Shown: positions 9,086-17,797, counted from the first letter of the stretch. The stretch is 47,490 bases of DNA from a virus (IMGVR_UViG_3300049781_000058:1-47490); one strand, 5' to 3'. Made by a program: numbers and translations. The notes: generated by a model from the sequence alone, not told the origin.

Positions 9086-10002
9086 CAGGCGGCCCTCTCT
9101 TCGGTGGTGACGGGGAGGGTGAGGGGTGCGCCCACGACGGACTTGGAGAGCGCCCGCTGGAACTCGGCGACGGCCTGCACGTGGCGGAACACCTCGTAGA
9201 CGTCGTCGCCGCACTTCAGCGGCATCGGCCGGTAGCCCTCCGGGCGCAGGTGCAGGACGATCCCGACGTCGTGCACACGGGGCATGGGGATCTGCGTGCC
9301 GTCCCTCAGCCACGCCACCTCGGCCCGCCGGTAGGCGGACATCTGCGCGCCGGCCTCCGGGTAGACGCCCTTCTCATCGAGCTCGCCGCCGGTCTTGGTG
9401 TCGCCGACGAACAGGGTCTGCCGGGGCACGCCGAGGAGTTGAGCGATCGGGCGGGAGCGGAAGAGGTAGTCGAGGGTGCCTGCCCAGCCGTCGGTGAGGT
9501 TGCCGACGACCATCTCCGAGGCTTCGAACTCGATCTCCCACTCCTGCACGAAGCGGAGGAAGTTCTCGACGAATGGGGCGATGTCCTCGTCTGAGAGGAA
9601 CGACTCGGGGATCGGCGTGCCGAGGACGTGGGCTTCGATGACGTCGTGGACGGCGCCGCCGATCTCGGCCCGTTCGTCCTTCTTGCGGATGTGGCCCTTG
9701 CGGAGCCAGTCGTAGGCCTCTTCCTTCTCGGCCGGGTTGAGCGACGCGGCGACCAGCTTCGGAAGGGTGGCGAAGGCGTCGGCGGCGGTGAGGTTGGCGG
9801 CCCAGAACACCAGCTGCGGCTTCGGGAAGCCCTGGCTGAGGATCGTGGTGACGCGACGGAGCTTGATGTCGGTGCCGGGGACGCGGTACCAGCCCTGGGA
9901 GGGCTGGGGAATGCGGTCGGTACCGGTGGGTGCGGGGGCGGCGGCCTTGCGGCGGCGGCCGGCGGCCGGGGCCGAAGCCCCAGCCTGCGCGGTGGTCGTC
10001 AT
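9085..10002 (-). CDS. PD-(D/E)XK, Cas4/RecE-like exonuclease
   Basis: RVTTIL...KPQLVFWAA, GGAVHDVIE, WAGTLD, GDTKTG and QMSAY. Confidence 0.8.
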   Translation of the reverse strand: MTTTAQAGASAPAAGRRRKAAAPAPTGTDRIPQPSQGWYRVPGTDIKLRRVTTILSQGFPKPQLVFWAANLTAADAFATLPKLVAASLNPAEKEEAYDWLRKGHIRKKDERAEIGGAVHDVIEAHVLGTPIPESFLSDEDIAPFVENFLRFVQEWEIEFEASEMVVGNLTDGWAGTLDYLFRSRPIAQLLGVPRQTLFVGDTKTGGELDEKGVYPEAGAQMSAYRRAEVAWLRDGTQIPMPRVHDVGIVLHLRPEGYRPMPLKCGDDVYEVFRHVQAVAEFQRALSKSVVGAPLTLPVTTEERAA

Positions 10003-10244
10003 CAGGCGTTGCCGCCCTTCGTGTCTCCGGTGACCTGCTGCCAGGCGCGGTAGTTGTCGAAGCAGTCACTGCGGGAGGTCTCGTCGATCAGGGCCGTGGC
10101 GGCGGCGAGGGCGAGCGTCGCGTGCACCTGCGCCTCAGCGATCGTGCGATCCGCCTCGCAGTGGCCCTCGTCGTTCGGGCGGAGTTCGGTGCGCGACTCG
10201 GCGAGCAGGCGCTCGGCCTCGCGGTAGTGCTCGGGGCCGGTCAT
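10002..10244 (-). CDS. Conserved small actinophage protein
   Basis: MTGPEHYREAERLL...AQVHATLALAAATAL; ATGA coupling. Confidence 0.7.
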   Translation of the reverse strand: MTGPEHYREAERLLAESRTELRPNDEGHCEADRTIAEAQVHATLALAAATALIDETSRSDCFDNYRAWQQVTGDTKGGNA

Positions 10245-10483
10245 GAGCGGCCGTCCTCTCCAGTAGTCGTGGGGTGGTAGATGCGGCGGCCGTCGGCGTC
10301 GACCGAGTGCAGGGCGCCGCGGGCGGCAAGGGCCCGCAGGTCCTTCCGCGCGGTGTTGCGTCCGCTGGTCGGCCACGGGGAGCCGGTCAGGAGCCGTTCG
10401 GCGAGGCTGGTGGTGACGGGGCGGCCGTGGGCCTTTATGGCGGCGAGGAGGTATGCGCGGCGGGTGATCGTCTCGGCCATCAC
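10241..10483 (-). CDS. Winged-HTH-like small protein
   Basis: RNTARKDLRALAARGAL followed by a beta-hairpin-like segment. Confidence 0.6.
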   Translation of the reverse strand: MMAETITRRAYLLAAIKAHGRPVTTSLAERLLTGSPWPTSGRNTARKDLRALAARGALHSVDADGRRIYHPTTTGEDGRS

Positions 10484-11127
10484 GCACCCGCCTCGGTGCT
10501 GTCGGTCCAGCCGGACAGGTCGTCGGAGTCGGTGGACTCCCAGTCGCTGTGCTCGTCGGTACGCCAGCCGCGCGCGAGTCGCTGCTCGCCGTCGGGGCTG
10601 GTGTCGATGGCGGTGACGCGGAACTCAATGCGGCAGCCATGGTGTTCGCGCGTGTAGGTGTGGCCGGGCTGGAAGAAGTCCGGGGTGGCGTCGGCCTGGT
10701 GGCTGCTCTTCCCCTGCTCGCGGGCGGCTGCGTCGTCGGCGGCGTGGTGGTGCAGGAGCCGCCGGACCTCGTTCATGTCGGCGTCGTCGGGGCGGGCCAC
10801 GGCGCGGAGGGTGCGGACGAGTTCGCGGTACATGGCGAGTTCGCCGTCGTACGCCTGCCCGTCGGCGGCGAGTACCTCAGCGCGGAAGGCGTCGACCCAG
10901 TCCGGCGGGAACAACCCGAACATCAGCAGCACGTGGGCGATCTCCTCGCCCGCCGTCTCGCACTTTCGCTCGTGCAGCCAGGAAGGGACGAGTGCGTTCG
11001 CGAGGTGCTCGGCGAGGTACTGCCGCATCTGTGCCAGCCGGAGGATGTCCCAACAGGCGGTCTCGTTGAAGGAGGCGATCGCGTCGTAGAGCTTGGCCTC
11101 GGTCTTGTCGCGGGGCGTCTCGCTCAT
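10480..11127 (-). CDS. Hypothetical protein
   Basis: Coupled ORF in the early operon. Confidence 0.65.
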   Translation of the reverse strand: MSETPRDKTEAKLYDAIASFNETACWDILRLAQMRQYLAEHLANALVPSWLHERKCETAGEEIAHVLLMFGLFPPDWVDAFRAEVLAADGQAYDGELAMYRELVRTLRAVARPDDADMNEVRRLLHHHAADDAAAREQGKSSHQADATPDFFQPGHTYTREHHGCRIEFRVTAIDTSPDGEQRLARGWRTDEHSDWESTDSDDLSGWTDSTEAGA

Positions 11128-11501
11128 GCGGCACCCGCTTCACGCTGCGCCGGGATTGCCATGGCCGGAGCCGGAGCGGCGGCCTTCAGCCGGTCCGCGA
11201 GCCGCGCCAGAGCCTGGCCGCGTACTGGGATCTCGTAGCCGACGATCAGCGCGAGCTTCTCCACGAGGAGCTGCTCCGGCTCCCACCCGTCGTGCTCCCG
11301 GGCGATACCGCGGTCCTCGGCGATCTCCAGGAGGAGGGCGAGGGCTTCCTCGTCGTCGGTGAGGGTTTCGATGACGTGGACGAAGTAGTCCTCAAGGTCG
11401 AGGAAGACGCCGTCGGGGACGCGCCGGGTGTAGAGGCGCATGGGGCCGGTGAGGGCGGGGCGGCGGAAGAGGCGGTGCAGGGTCAGGCGGATGCGGTTCA
11501 T
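11124..11501 (-). CDS. Hypothetical protein
   Basis: Start re-called at ATG 11501 (ATGA overlap). Confidence 0.6.
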   Translation of the reverse strand: MNRIRLTLHRLFRRPALTGPMRLYTRRVPDGVFLDLEDYFVHVIETLTDDEEALALLLEIAEDRGIAREHDGWEPEQLLVEKLALIVGYEIPVRGQALARLADRLKAAAPAPAMAIPAQREAGAA

Positions 11502-11983
11502 CGGGCGACCTCCGTCACCTTGGTCATGGGGCCGAAGTCGCGGGCGATCAGCGCGGCGCACTCGCAGTGGCGGATGATGTTCGGGCCCGTCTCCGGGGCG
11601 GTCTCATCGGCACGCTTGACGTGCTGGAACTCCAAGATCCCGCCGAGGAGCCGCCACGTGTCGCCGTGCCGGTCCAGGTACTCGGCGCCGTCCACGAACT
11701 CTTCGCCGTCGGAGTTGACGTAGAGGTTCACCTCGGACTCCGGCTCGTCGCTGATGTCCGTCCAGACGCCGCCGCTGCCCCAGTCCTCGTAGGTGCGGGG
11801 GTTCGGCGTCCAGATCCAGGCACCGTCGGCGGTGCGGAGGCGGCCGTGCCATCCGTAGGCGCGGGGCTTGCCGGTCTCCGGGTCGGTGGTGACCTCGGTG
11901 CAGTGGAAGCGGAAGCGCTCGCGTCCACCGGGCCAGCCAACGCGGCCCGCGTAGATGTGGAGGGGCTCGAAGAAGGTGGTCAT
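11498..11983 (-). CDS. Hypothetical protein (C-terminus phiSA1p31-like)
   Basis: YLDRHGDTW...DFGPM pattern; coupled ORF. Confidence 0.55.
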   Translation of the reverse strand: MTTFFEPLHIYAGRVGWPGGRERFRFHCTEVTTDPETGKPRAYGWHGRLRTADGAWIWTPNPRTYEDWGSGGVWTDISDEPESEVNLYVNSDGEEFVDGAEYLDRHGDTWRLLGGILEFQHVKRADETAPETGPNIIRHCECAALIARDFGPMTKVTEVAR

Positions 11984-12288
11984 GAGAGGTCCCCTGTCGG
12001 GCCGGAGAGAAGAAGGAGGAGCGCGGCCAGCGAGATCGCGGCATCACGCGGGATGTGCCGGGCGCGGACGGTGGCCGTGCGGGCGTCGCGCTTCGCGTTG
12101 GTCACGGCCACCAGCAGTGCGTCCACGCGGCCGGACTCGACCAGCCGGGCCAGTCCCGGGCGTGGGTCGAAGTCGGCGAGGTCCGCGTCGACGAGGAGGA
12201 AGTACGGGACGGAGAGGACCCCGTAGCCGGACGTGGCCAGGCAGACCATGGCGGTCCACTCAGCGAGCGTGTGCGCGTGATACGTCAC
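11980..12288 (-). CDS. Membrane-associated hypothetical protein
   Basis: GTG at 12288 (GTGA overlap); two hydrophobic stretches. Confidence 0.55.
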   Translation of the reverse strand: MTYHAHTLAEWTAMVCLATSGYGVLSVPYFLLVDADLADFDPRPGLARLVESGRVDALLVAVTNAKRDARTATVRARHIPRDAAISLAALLLLLSGPTGDLS

Positions 12289-12545
12289 CGGCCACCTGCC
12301 TTCCGCGCGTTGCGGCGGGCCAGCATGCGGGCCTTGATCTGCGCCTGCGTCGGCTGCACCCAGGTGTGGAAACCGCGCCTCGGTACGTACCAGCAGCCGT
12401 GGTTGTACTGATCGCGGCCACACCAGCGGCAACCGGAGGGGGGCGGCGTGGTGCCGTGCGGCCAACGAATCTGGCCGTGCAGCATGCCCGTGGCCGCGTC
12501 ACGTCGGCCGTAGCCGAGCAGGTGCTTCGTGGGGTCGAGGATCAT
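12285..12545 (-). CDS. Small Cys/His hypothetical protein
   Basis: GCRWCG..H...FHTWVQPT. Confidence 0.6.
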   Translation of the reverse strand: MILDPTKHLLGYGRRDAATGMLHGQIRWPHGTTPPPSGCRWCGRDQYNHGCWYVPRRGFHTWVQPTQAQIKARMLARRNARKAGGR

Positions 12546-12877
12546 CGGGCACCGCCCGTCAGCTCAGCGTCGATCAGCGCCTGTACCTGCTGAAGCAACG
12601 ACGTCCGACGCGCCAGCGACTGCCCGTCGATGATCTGCGGGGCATGCGGCTTAAGCCCAAGGGCCGCGTCCACCGTGCTGCCGAAAAGTGCGGCAATGGC
12701 AACGGCTTCGTCCAAACGAATGGGTCGCTCACCGCGCTCGATCTTGGCGATCGTCGTCTGGACGAAGACCGCGTGTCCCTGCGCACGCAGAGCGTCGGCG
12801 ATCTTCTGCTGCGACAGCCCCGCCTTGGTACGGGTCTGACGCATCCAGTGCGCGAAGTCGGAGTTCATGTCGCTCAT
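12542..12877 (-). CDS. XRE-family HTH regulator
   Basis: RTKAGLSQQKIADAL...QTTIAKIERGERPIRLDEAVAIAALFG. Confidence 0.85.
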   Translation of the reverse strand: MSDMNSDFAHWMRQTRTKAGLSQQKIADALRAQGHAVFVQTTIAKIERGERPIRLDEAVAIAALFGSTVDAALGLKPHAPQIIDGQSLARRTSLLQQVQALIDAELTGGAR

Positions 12878-12890
12878 CGGGCACCGCCCG
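12542..12890. repeat. 17-bp direct repeat TCATCGGGCACCGCCCG flanking the XRE gene
   Basis: Identical copies at 12542-12558 and 12874-12890. Confidence 0.9.
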
Positions 12891-13710
12891 CCTGCTGCTC
12901 CAGTTCGGCGATCCGGTCCCGCTGCACCCGCAGCGCCTCAGCCGCCTCAGACAGCGACTCGTTCGTCGAGTGCCGCTCCGCCTCCAACTCGTCGACACGG
13001 CTCCGCTTCTCCCGGCACAACCGGTCCAGCGTGTTGGCCCGGCTCAACTGTGCTGCCACGCACGAGTGCAGGTGCCGGATCTGCTCGATCGGGCTGAGGA
13101 GCCGGACGGTGGCGTCGCCGTACGCGGCGGCCTCCAGTTCGGCGACCCGAGACCGCAGACGCTCCAGCTCCGACAGGTCGTCGTCCCCCTGGACCACGAT
13201 CGGCGTCACCGTGCCCGACGTCTCCGACAGTGGCCGGTCATCGTCCGCGTGCGTCCAGAACTGCACGTGGATCCCGGACTCGTTGACCGTCCAGTCCCAG
13301 TAGTTCTCACCCGCGTCCGACTTCGCGAGGTCGTCGCAGCACTCACGCGCGGCCTCAACCGTCGTGAACAGCTCCGGCTCCGCGCCCTCGTACAACGCCA
13401 GGTAGACCTCGCGCGGCGGGTTCGCCATACCAGCAAGCCGCATCCGCAGGTCGTTCAGCTCGGCGACCACCTTCAGCGGCAGCGACACCGCCTGCGGCTC
13501 CGGGCCCACCGGCACCGGCAGCACATCCGCCGACCCGACAATCCCGTGCTCCGCCAACTCCGCCAGAGTCGCCATCACGAACTCCGGGCACCGGCACGAA
13601 CCCTCGACCGCGTACAACCCCCGGCCGTCGCTCGTGACCGCGCGCCGCTCCCAGCACACGCCATCCCGCGTGTTCACGACCAGCGGGTCGTGCGTCATCG
13701 GGGCGCTCAC
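12874..13710 (-). CDS. Hypothetical protein with coiled-coil segments
   Basis: Start re-called at GTG 13710 (GTGA overlap). Confidence 0.6.
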   Translation of the reverse strand: MSAPMTHDPLVVNTRDGVCWERRAVTSDGRGLYAVEGSCRCPEFVMATLAELAEHGIVGSADVLPVPVGPEPQAVSLPLKVVAELNDLRMRLAGMANPPREVYLALYEGAEPELFTTVEAARECCDDLAKSDAGENYWDWTVNESGIHVQFWTHADDDRPLSETSGTVTPIVVQGDDDLSELERLRSRVAELEAAAYGDATVRLLSPIEQIRHLHSCVAAQLSRANTLDRLCREKRSRVDELEAERHSTNESLSEAAEALRVQRDRIAELEQQAGGAR

Positions 13711-14102
13711 GCCGCCACCGCCTGACGGATCTCGGGCATCATCTGCTCGTCGTCGGTAACCAACACCGACACCAGCACCGTCACCGGCGGGAACTTGGGC
13801 AGCTCCGCCTCCGTCGCGGTGTGCAGAGTCCACACCTGCATCCCGTCACCAGCACGCGTCACGGTGACGGAGCCGCCCCGGATCTCCAGCCAGTGGGCCA
13901 GGGTGTCCACGTCGGTGGCGAGGATGCGCACGGCGTCCGGGCCCGACTCCATGCGGGCGCCGGCCGGAAGGCCGTAGACGTTGCACTCGGTCTCGACCGA
14001 GAGGCGGTTGCTCTCCAGCATCTGCATCTGGACGGCGAAGGGAAGGTGGAGTGTGCTGCTGAAGCTGTTCCGACCTGGGCGGTCGGTAGGCTGTGCGGTC
14101 AC
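13707..14102 (-). CDS. Hypothetical protein
   Basis: GAGG RBS before the GTG; coupled to the downstream gene. Confidence 0.6.
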   Translation of the reverse strand: MTAQPTDRPGRNSFSSTLHLPFAVQMQMLESNRLSVETECNVYGLPAGARMESGPDAVRILATDVDTLAHWLEIRGGSVTVTRAGDGMQVWTLHTATEAELPKFPPVTVLVSVLVTDDEQMMPEIRQAVAA

Positions 14103-14185
14103 GGGGACCTCTTTCTGTGATGAGGGGTTGCCGAGTCGGGGCTCGCCGGGCCGGGAAGTCGGGCGGGCCTTCGGCGTTGATGGGG

Positions 14186-14377
14186 TCAGGCGGCGTCGGC
14201 CGCGGGCCGGAGGTCAGGAGCCGGCCGGGGTGCCGGGATCTCGCCCGCGGGGCGGGTCATGATCCGGCGGAGTTCGTCGACGAGTTCGTCGCTCGGCTCC
14301 GGGGCTTCTTTCACGCGGGCGCGGATCGCGGCGACGGTCTCGGGGCCGAGGATGGCGAGGCGCTCTTCGCGGGTCAT
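14186..14377 (-). CDS. Small hypothetical protein coupled to cro
   Basis: ATGA overlap with the cro-like gene. Confidence 0.6.
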   Translation of the reverse strand: MTREERLAILGPETVAAIRARVKEAPEPSDELVDELRRIMTRPAGEIPAPRPAPDLRPAADAA

Positions 14378-14616
14378 GCGACGGCCTCGGCGGTCTGTTC
14401 TTCCTCGTCGGGCACCCGGTCCATGAGGGTTCGGATGTCGAGGTCGTACGCGTCGGCGATTCGGAGCGCAGAGATCAGGTCAAGTTGCGTCTCTTCGCCG
14501 AAGATGCGGTAGGCGCTGCTGACGTTGACGCCGGTCGTCTTGGCGACGGCGTAGGGGGTTTTGTCGCCGTGCTGCGCGGCGATGGCGCGGAGTCGGGCGA
14601 CGTTGAGTCGGTACAC
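14374..14616 (-). CDS. Cro-like HTH regulator
   Basis: TPYAVAKTTGVNVSSAYRIF HTH; GGGAGG RBS; divergent from the repressor. Confidence 0.75.
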   Translation of the reverse strand: MYRLNVARLRAIAAQHGDKTPYAVAKTTGVNVSSAYRIFGEETQLDLISALRIADAYDLDIRTLMDRVPDEEEQTAEAVA

Positions 14617-14650
14617 GTGTGTGGGCCTCCCTTCGCAGGTGGCGAGGCAA

Positions 14651-14846
14651 GTTTCCCTGTCGAGGGAAACTCTCCCACATCAATTCCCTCCCTGGCAAGG
14701 GAATGCCCTGTTAGGGGAAGGGTGAGTTTTCGTACGAACGTGCGTTCGAGTACGTGCGTGGCCTGCGTTAATGCAGGTCAGTGGCCGGATGGTGACTTTC
14801 CCTGAAGAGGGAAGCCGTGACTATTCCCTCTTCAGGGAAGTAAAGT
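14651..14846. promoter_or_regulatory. Lysis-lysogeny switch with five operators TTCCCT-N4-AGGGAA
   Basis: Sites at 14653-14668, 14688-14703, 14704-14719, 14798-14813 and 14824-14839. A -10-like TAAAGT sits at 14841-14846. Confidence 0.8.
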
Positions 14847-14854
14847 TTCAGGAC

Positions 14855-15313
14855 ATGACGGATGCCCCCACCACGCGCGAAGAGAAGTTCTTCGCGCTCG
14901 TCTACCCCGCCCTCGTAGAGCGTGGGTACACGGCCTACGGCGGCCAGCAGCGCCTGGTCGCCGACACAGGCATGAACAAGAGCACGGCCTCGCGGCTCAT
15001 CAACCGCGAGGGGATCCCCCACGTCCAGTTCTTCACGCCGCTCGCCAAGGTGCTCCGCCTAGACCCCGTCGCCCTGCTCGTCGCAGCCGGGATTTTGCCT
15101 CCGGACTATCTGGAGTCTCAGCAGACACTGTCCGAAACTAAACAGTCACAGGTAGGCTCTGGATCTATCACTCCGGAGGATGCGGCGGACCAGCTGGGGA
15201 TCCACGACGAGGTGGGACGATTCACCTTCTTCGCCGTGGTCGAGATGCTCAAGAACCCCCCGACCGATGGCGAGGACGCCGAGGACCCCGGAGGCACGGC
15301 AGCACAGATGTAA
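14855..15313 (+). CDS. Immunity repressor (CI-like, XRE HTH)
   Basis: GQQRLVADTGMNKSTASRLIN...LAKVL...LLVAAGIL; divergent from cro and near the integrase. Probably leaderless from ATG 14855. Confidence 0.8.
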   Translation: MTDAPTTREEKFFALVYPALVERGYTAYGGQQRLVADTGMNKSTASRLINREGIPHVQFFTPLAKVLRLDPVALLVAAGILPPDYLESQQTLSETKQSQVGSGSITPEDAADQLGIHDEVGRFTFFAVVEMLKNPPTDGEDAEDPGGTAAQM

Positions 15314-15328
15314 CCCGGGGGTGCGCAC

Positions 15329-15877
15329 ATGACGTTCATGGCCAGTAGCAAAAAAATGGCCACTGCTGAGGCGACCGGTGCCCTGATCGCAGGATTCGCC
15401 GTAATCGCCTACAGCGCACTCTTCAACCACACGGCAGGCACCATCGCAGGTGCCTGCCTCGTCATCTCGGCACTCACCCTGTGGTCCCTCATCCACATAA
15501 AGGGATGGGTCACCAACACCAGCCAGGAGCGCCGCACACTCGCCGACGCCACCCGCGCCGCCGACGAGGTACGCAACCGCTACATCGCCTCGCAGGCAGC
15601 ACTGGAAATCGAGCAAAGCCGCCGCCAGCGGGACATGGCCGCCGAGAGAGCCAGCATCGAGGCCCGCCTCACCGCCGAACGCCAGAAGATGAGGCGGGAG
15701 TTCGAAGAAGAGCGCGCCACCCTCGCGGCAGACGCCTTCCGCACCGGCGTCGAGATGGAACGCGCCGGCATGCTGAAGCCCGACGCACCCAAGGTGGGCA
15801 ACCTCATCCAGTTCCCGAAGGACCTTCCACACCAGCAGCGGGAGAAGGCTCGGGAGCACGGAGTGGTCGGTCCCTGA
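15329..15877 (+). CDS. Two-TM membrane protein with cytoplasmic coiled coil
   Basis: Two hydrophobic helices, then a long charged helix; immediately downstream of the repressor. Confidence 0.7.
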   Translation: MTFMASSKKMATAEATGALIAGFAVIAYSALFNHTAGTIAGACLVISALTLWSLIHIKGWVTNTSQERRTLADATRAADEVRNRYIASQAALEIEQSRRQRDMAAERASIEARLTAERQKMRREFEEERATLAADAFRTGVEMERAGMLKPDAPKVGNLIQFPKDLPHQQREKAREHGVVGP

Positions 15878-17444
15878 AGCCCGGCTCCCCCACGAACGAC
15901 AGCGTGATCCGCCCCGGCTCCAGCCGATGAATGCCCGGCCTGGACGCCTTCCACAGGCGCACGGTCACCACCTTCTTGATGACCTCTCGCTTCTGCTCCA
16001 GTGTCAGGCCCGGCACAGCAGGCCGTCCGTCCTGCTGCGGCGCCCCGTTCCACACCACGTCCGGGTCCGGCGCGCTGATGAGCGACAGCAGCACTGGCGG
16101 TACCCCGGTCACCTCACGGAGCTTCTTCCGCTCCGTCTCCAGCTTGGGCATCAGGCGCTGCTCCATCGACGCGAAAGCCGAAGAGGACAGCTTGAAGCGG
16201 CCCGTCTCCTCGTCGAACTCCTCGGACAACGCCTTCGCCTCGGCCAGCTGCTCCTCGTAGGCGTTGATGCGCCGCTGAGCGGCCATCATCTCCGCCTCAA
16301 CGTTGTCCCCACTGGGCACGAGGGCGGAGGTGGCCCTGCTCTTGTCCGCGAACCAGGCGATGACCGCCTCTTCGACATAGGAGTCCAGGATATCCTCGCG
16401 GATCAAAGTGTCGCGCTTCTCTGAGCAGTGCAACGCTGGATGCCCCTTGGTGCTGCTCGGCCGCGCCTTCAGTAGCGCGTGGTCGCCGCAGGGCCCGCAG
16501 AAGGCGATGAACGACAGCAGGTGAGCCGGCGCAGACCCGCGATGAGTGCGACGCCCCGGGTCGGTCAGCAGGGCCGTGACCCGATTGAACATGGCGCGGC
16601 CTTCAGGGGTTTCAAGCCCGCGGATAGGCGGCCACGACGCGGGCCTCCAGTTGCCGCGGTTCTTTCGCTCTCCCAGATAGGCGCGGTTGAGGAGTACGAG
16701 GCGGACGTTCTGTGCCGTCCACGGGTAGCCGAACGGGCGGGCCGCGTCCTTCTCACTGTTGAGCCATCGGACCAGCGAGCCCACCGAGCGGCCTTGGTCG
16801 ATGTGGACCAGTGAGCGGTAGACGTACTGCCCGGTCTTGGGGTTCTCGTACTGCCGGACACACCGCAGCTGGCCGTTGACGGTCTCGTAGTCGCGCGCGT
16901 ACCCGAACAGGAGCCGGCCGTGTGGGTCGCCGGCGTTCGCGGTGCGGGCGGCGGTACGCAGGTTGCGGTCGCGGATGTCGTCGGCTTCGGCTTCCGCATC
17001 GATGGCGTGCTGGGCGGTGGCCTTGCGGTCATCGCTGCGACTGAGATCGTAGACGGTGCCCTTGTAGCAGAGCAGCACTCCGGCGCTCATGCAGGCGGCG
17101 CGGAGCCGTACGTACGCTTCGAGGTCGCGGTAGTAGCGGGACGCTTCGTAGGCGACGACGATGCGCATGACGCCGGGGGTGGGGGGTGTGTTTTCGATGG
17201 TGTCGAGGAGGTCTTCGAAGTCGTCGCGTGCCTGTTTGGCGTGGCGGGAGGCGGACAGGCCGAGGTCTTTGAACTCTTCCGCGATGCGCCAGTTGTAGTT
17301 GCTGCACATCGAGCGGCCCCAGCCGAGTTGGTCGTCGACGCTGTCGCCCCGCTTGTTGGGGTCGCGGGATGCCCGGCCGTAGAGGAAAGCCTCGAACTGC
17401 GTGTTCGGGAAGACGAGGTGCAGGTATGACGGGTCGAAGGCCAT
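15804..17444 (-). CDS. int: Large serine recombinase (integrase)
   Basis: Catalytic YGRAS, DLGLSAS and YEASRYYR; recombinase domain (LFGY..., LNRAYLG); CGPCG Zn-ribbon and coiled coil. Confidence 0.92.
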   Translation of the reverse strand: MAFDPSYLHLVFPNTQFEAFLYGRASRDPNKRGDSVDDQLGWGRSMCSNYNWRIAEEFKDLGLSASRHAKQARDDFEDLLDTIENTPPTPGVMRIVVAYEASRYYRDLEAYVRLRAACMSAGVLLCYKGTVYDLSRSDDRKATAQHAIDAEAEADDIRDRNLRTAARTANAGDPHGRLLFGYARDYETVNGQLRCVRQYENPKTGQYVYRSLVHIDQGRSVGSLVRWLNSEKDAARPFGYPWTAQNVRLVLLNRAYLGERKNRGNWRPASWPPIRGLETPEGRAMFNRVTALLTDPGRRTHRGSAPAHLLSFIAFCGPCGDHALLKARPSSTKGHPALHCSEKRDTLIREDILDSYVEEAVIAWFADKSRATSALVPSGDNVEAEMMAAQRRINAYEEQLAEAKALSEEFDEETGRFKLSSSAFASMEQRLMPKLETERKKLREVTGVPPVLLSLISAPDPDVVWNGAPQQDGRPAVPGLTLEQKREVIKKVVTVRLWKASRPGIHRLEPGRITLSFVGEPGFRDRPLRAPEPSPAAGVEGPSGTG

Positions 17445-17463
17445 GGCCCGAGACTACTCCTAA

Positions 17464-17515
17464 CCGGGTGCCCTTAAGCGCACTATCGGGGGAAGGTGTT
17501 GCTTAGGGACACCGG
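17464..17515. other. Putative attP site
   Basis: 52-bp imperfect inverted repeat CCGGGTGCCCTTAAGCGCAC...GTGTTGCTTAGGGACACCGG centred on GG at 17489-17490, 20 nt upstream of the integrase start. Confidence 0.65.
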
Positions 17516-17531
17516 GCGACGTGCAACGGCC

Positions 17532-17572
17532 AAGCCGGGTCTGCCACACGGGGGTGGTGGCAGACCCGGCTT
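17532..17572. terminator. Intrinsic terminator hairpin insulating attP/int
   Basis: Perfect 16-bp stem AAGCCGGGTCTGCCAC / GTGGCAGACCCGGCTT. Confidence 0.75.
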
Positions 17573-17590
17573 CGGCGTGTTCAGAGGTTC

Positions 17591-17797
17591 TCAGTCCGCG
17601 GTGACTTCGTCGACGAGGTCGAGGATGTCGCCGAGGCGCCCGCTCATCCGCGTGACGAGAAGGATAAGGCGGGCCGCGTCCAGTCGGCCGAGGTCTTCCG
17701 CGCGGGCTTCTTCCAAGTCGCGGCGGGCGAATTCGATACGGGTCTTCTGGCCCTCAGTGAGGCGCCCGCGGGTGGCGGGGGCGGGTTCGTGCGTCAT
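17591..17797 (-). CDS. Small helical hypothetical protein
   Basis: AGGTGA RBS; divergent from an XRE gene. Confidence 0.6.
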   Translation of the reverse strand: MTHEPAPATRGRLTEGQKTRIEFARRDLEEARAEDLGRLDAARLILLVTRMSGRLGDILDLVDEVTAD

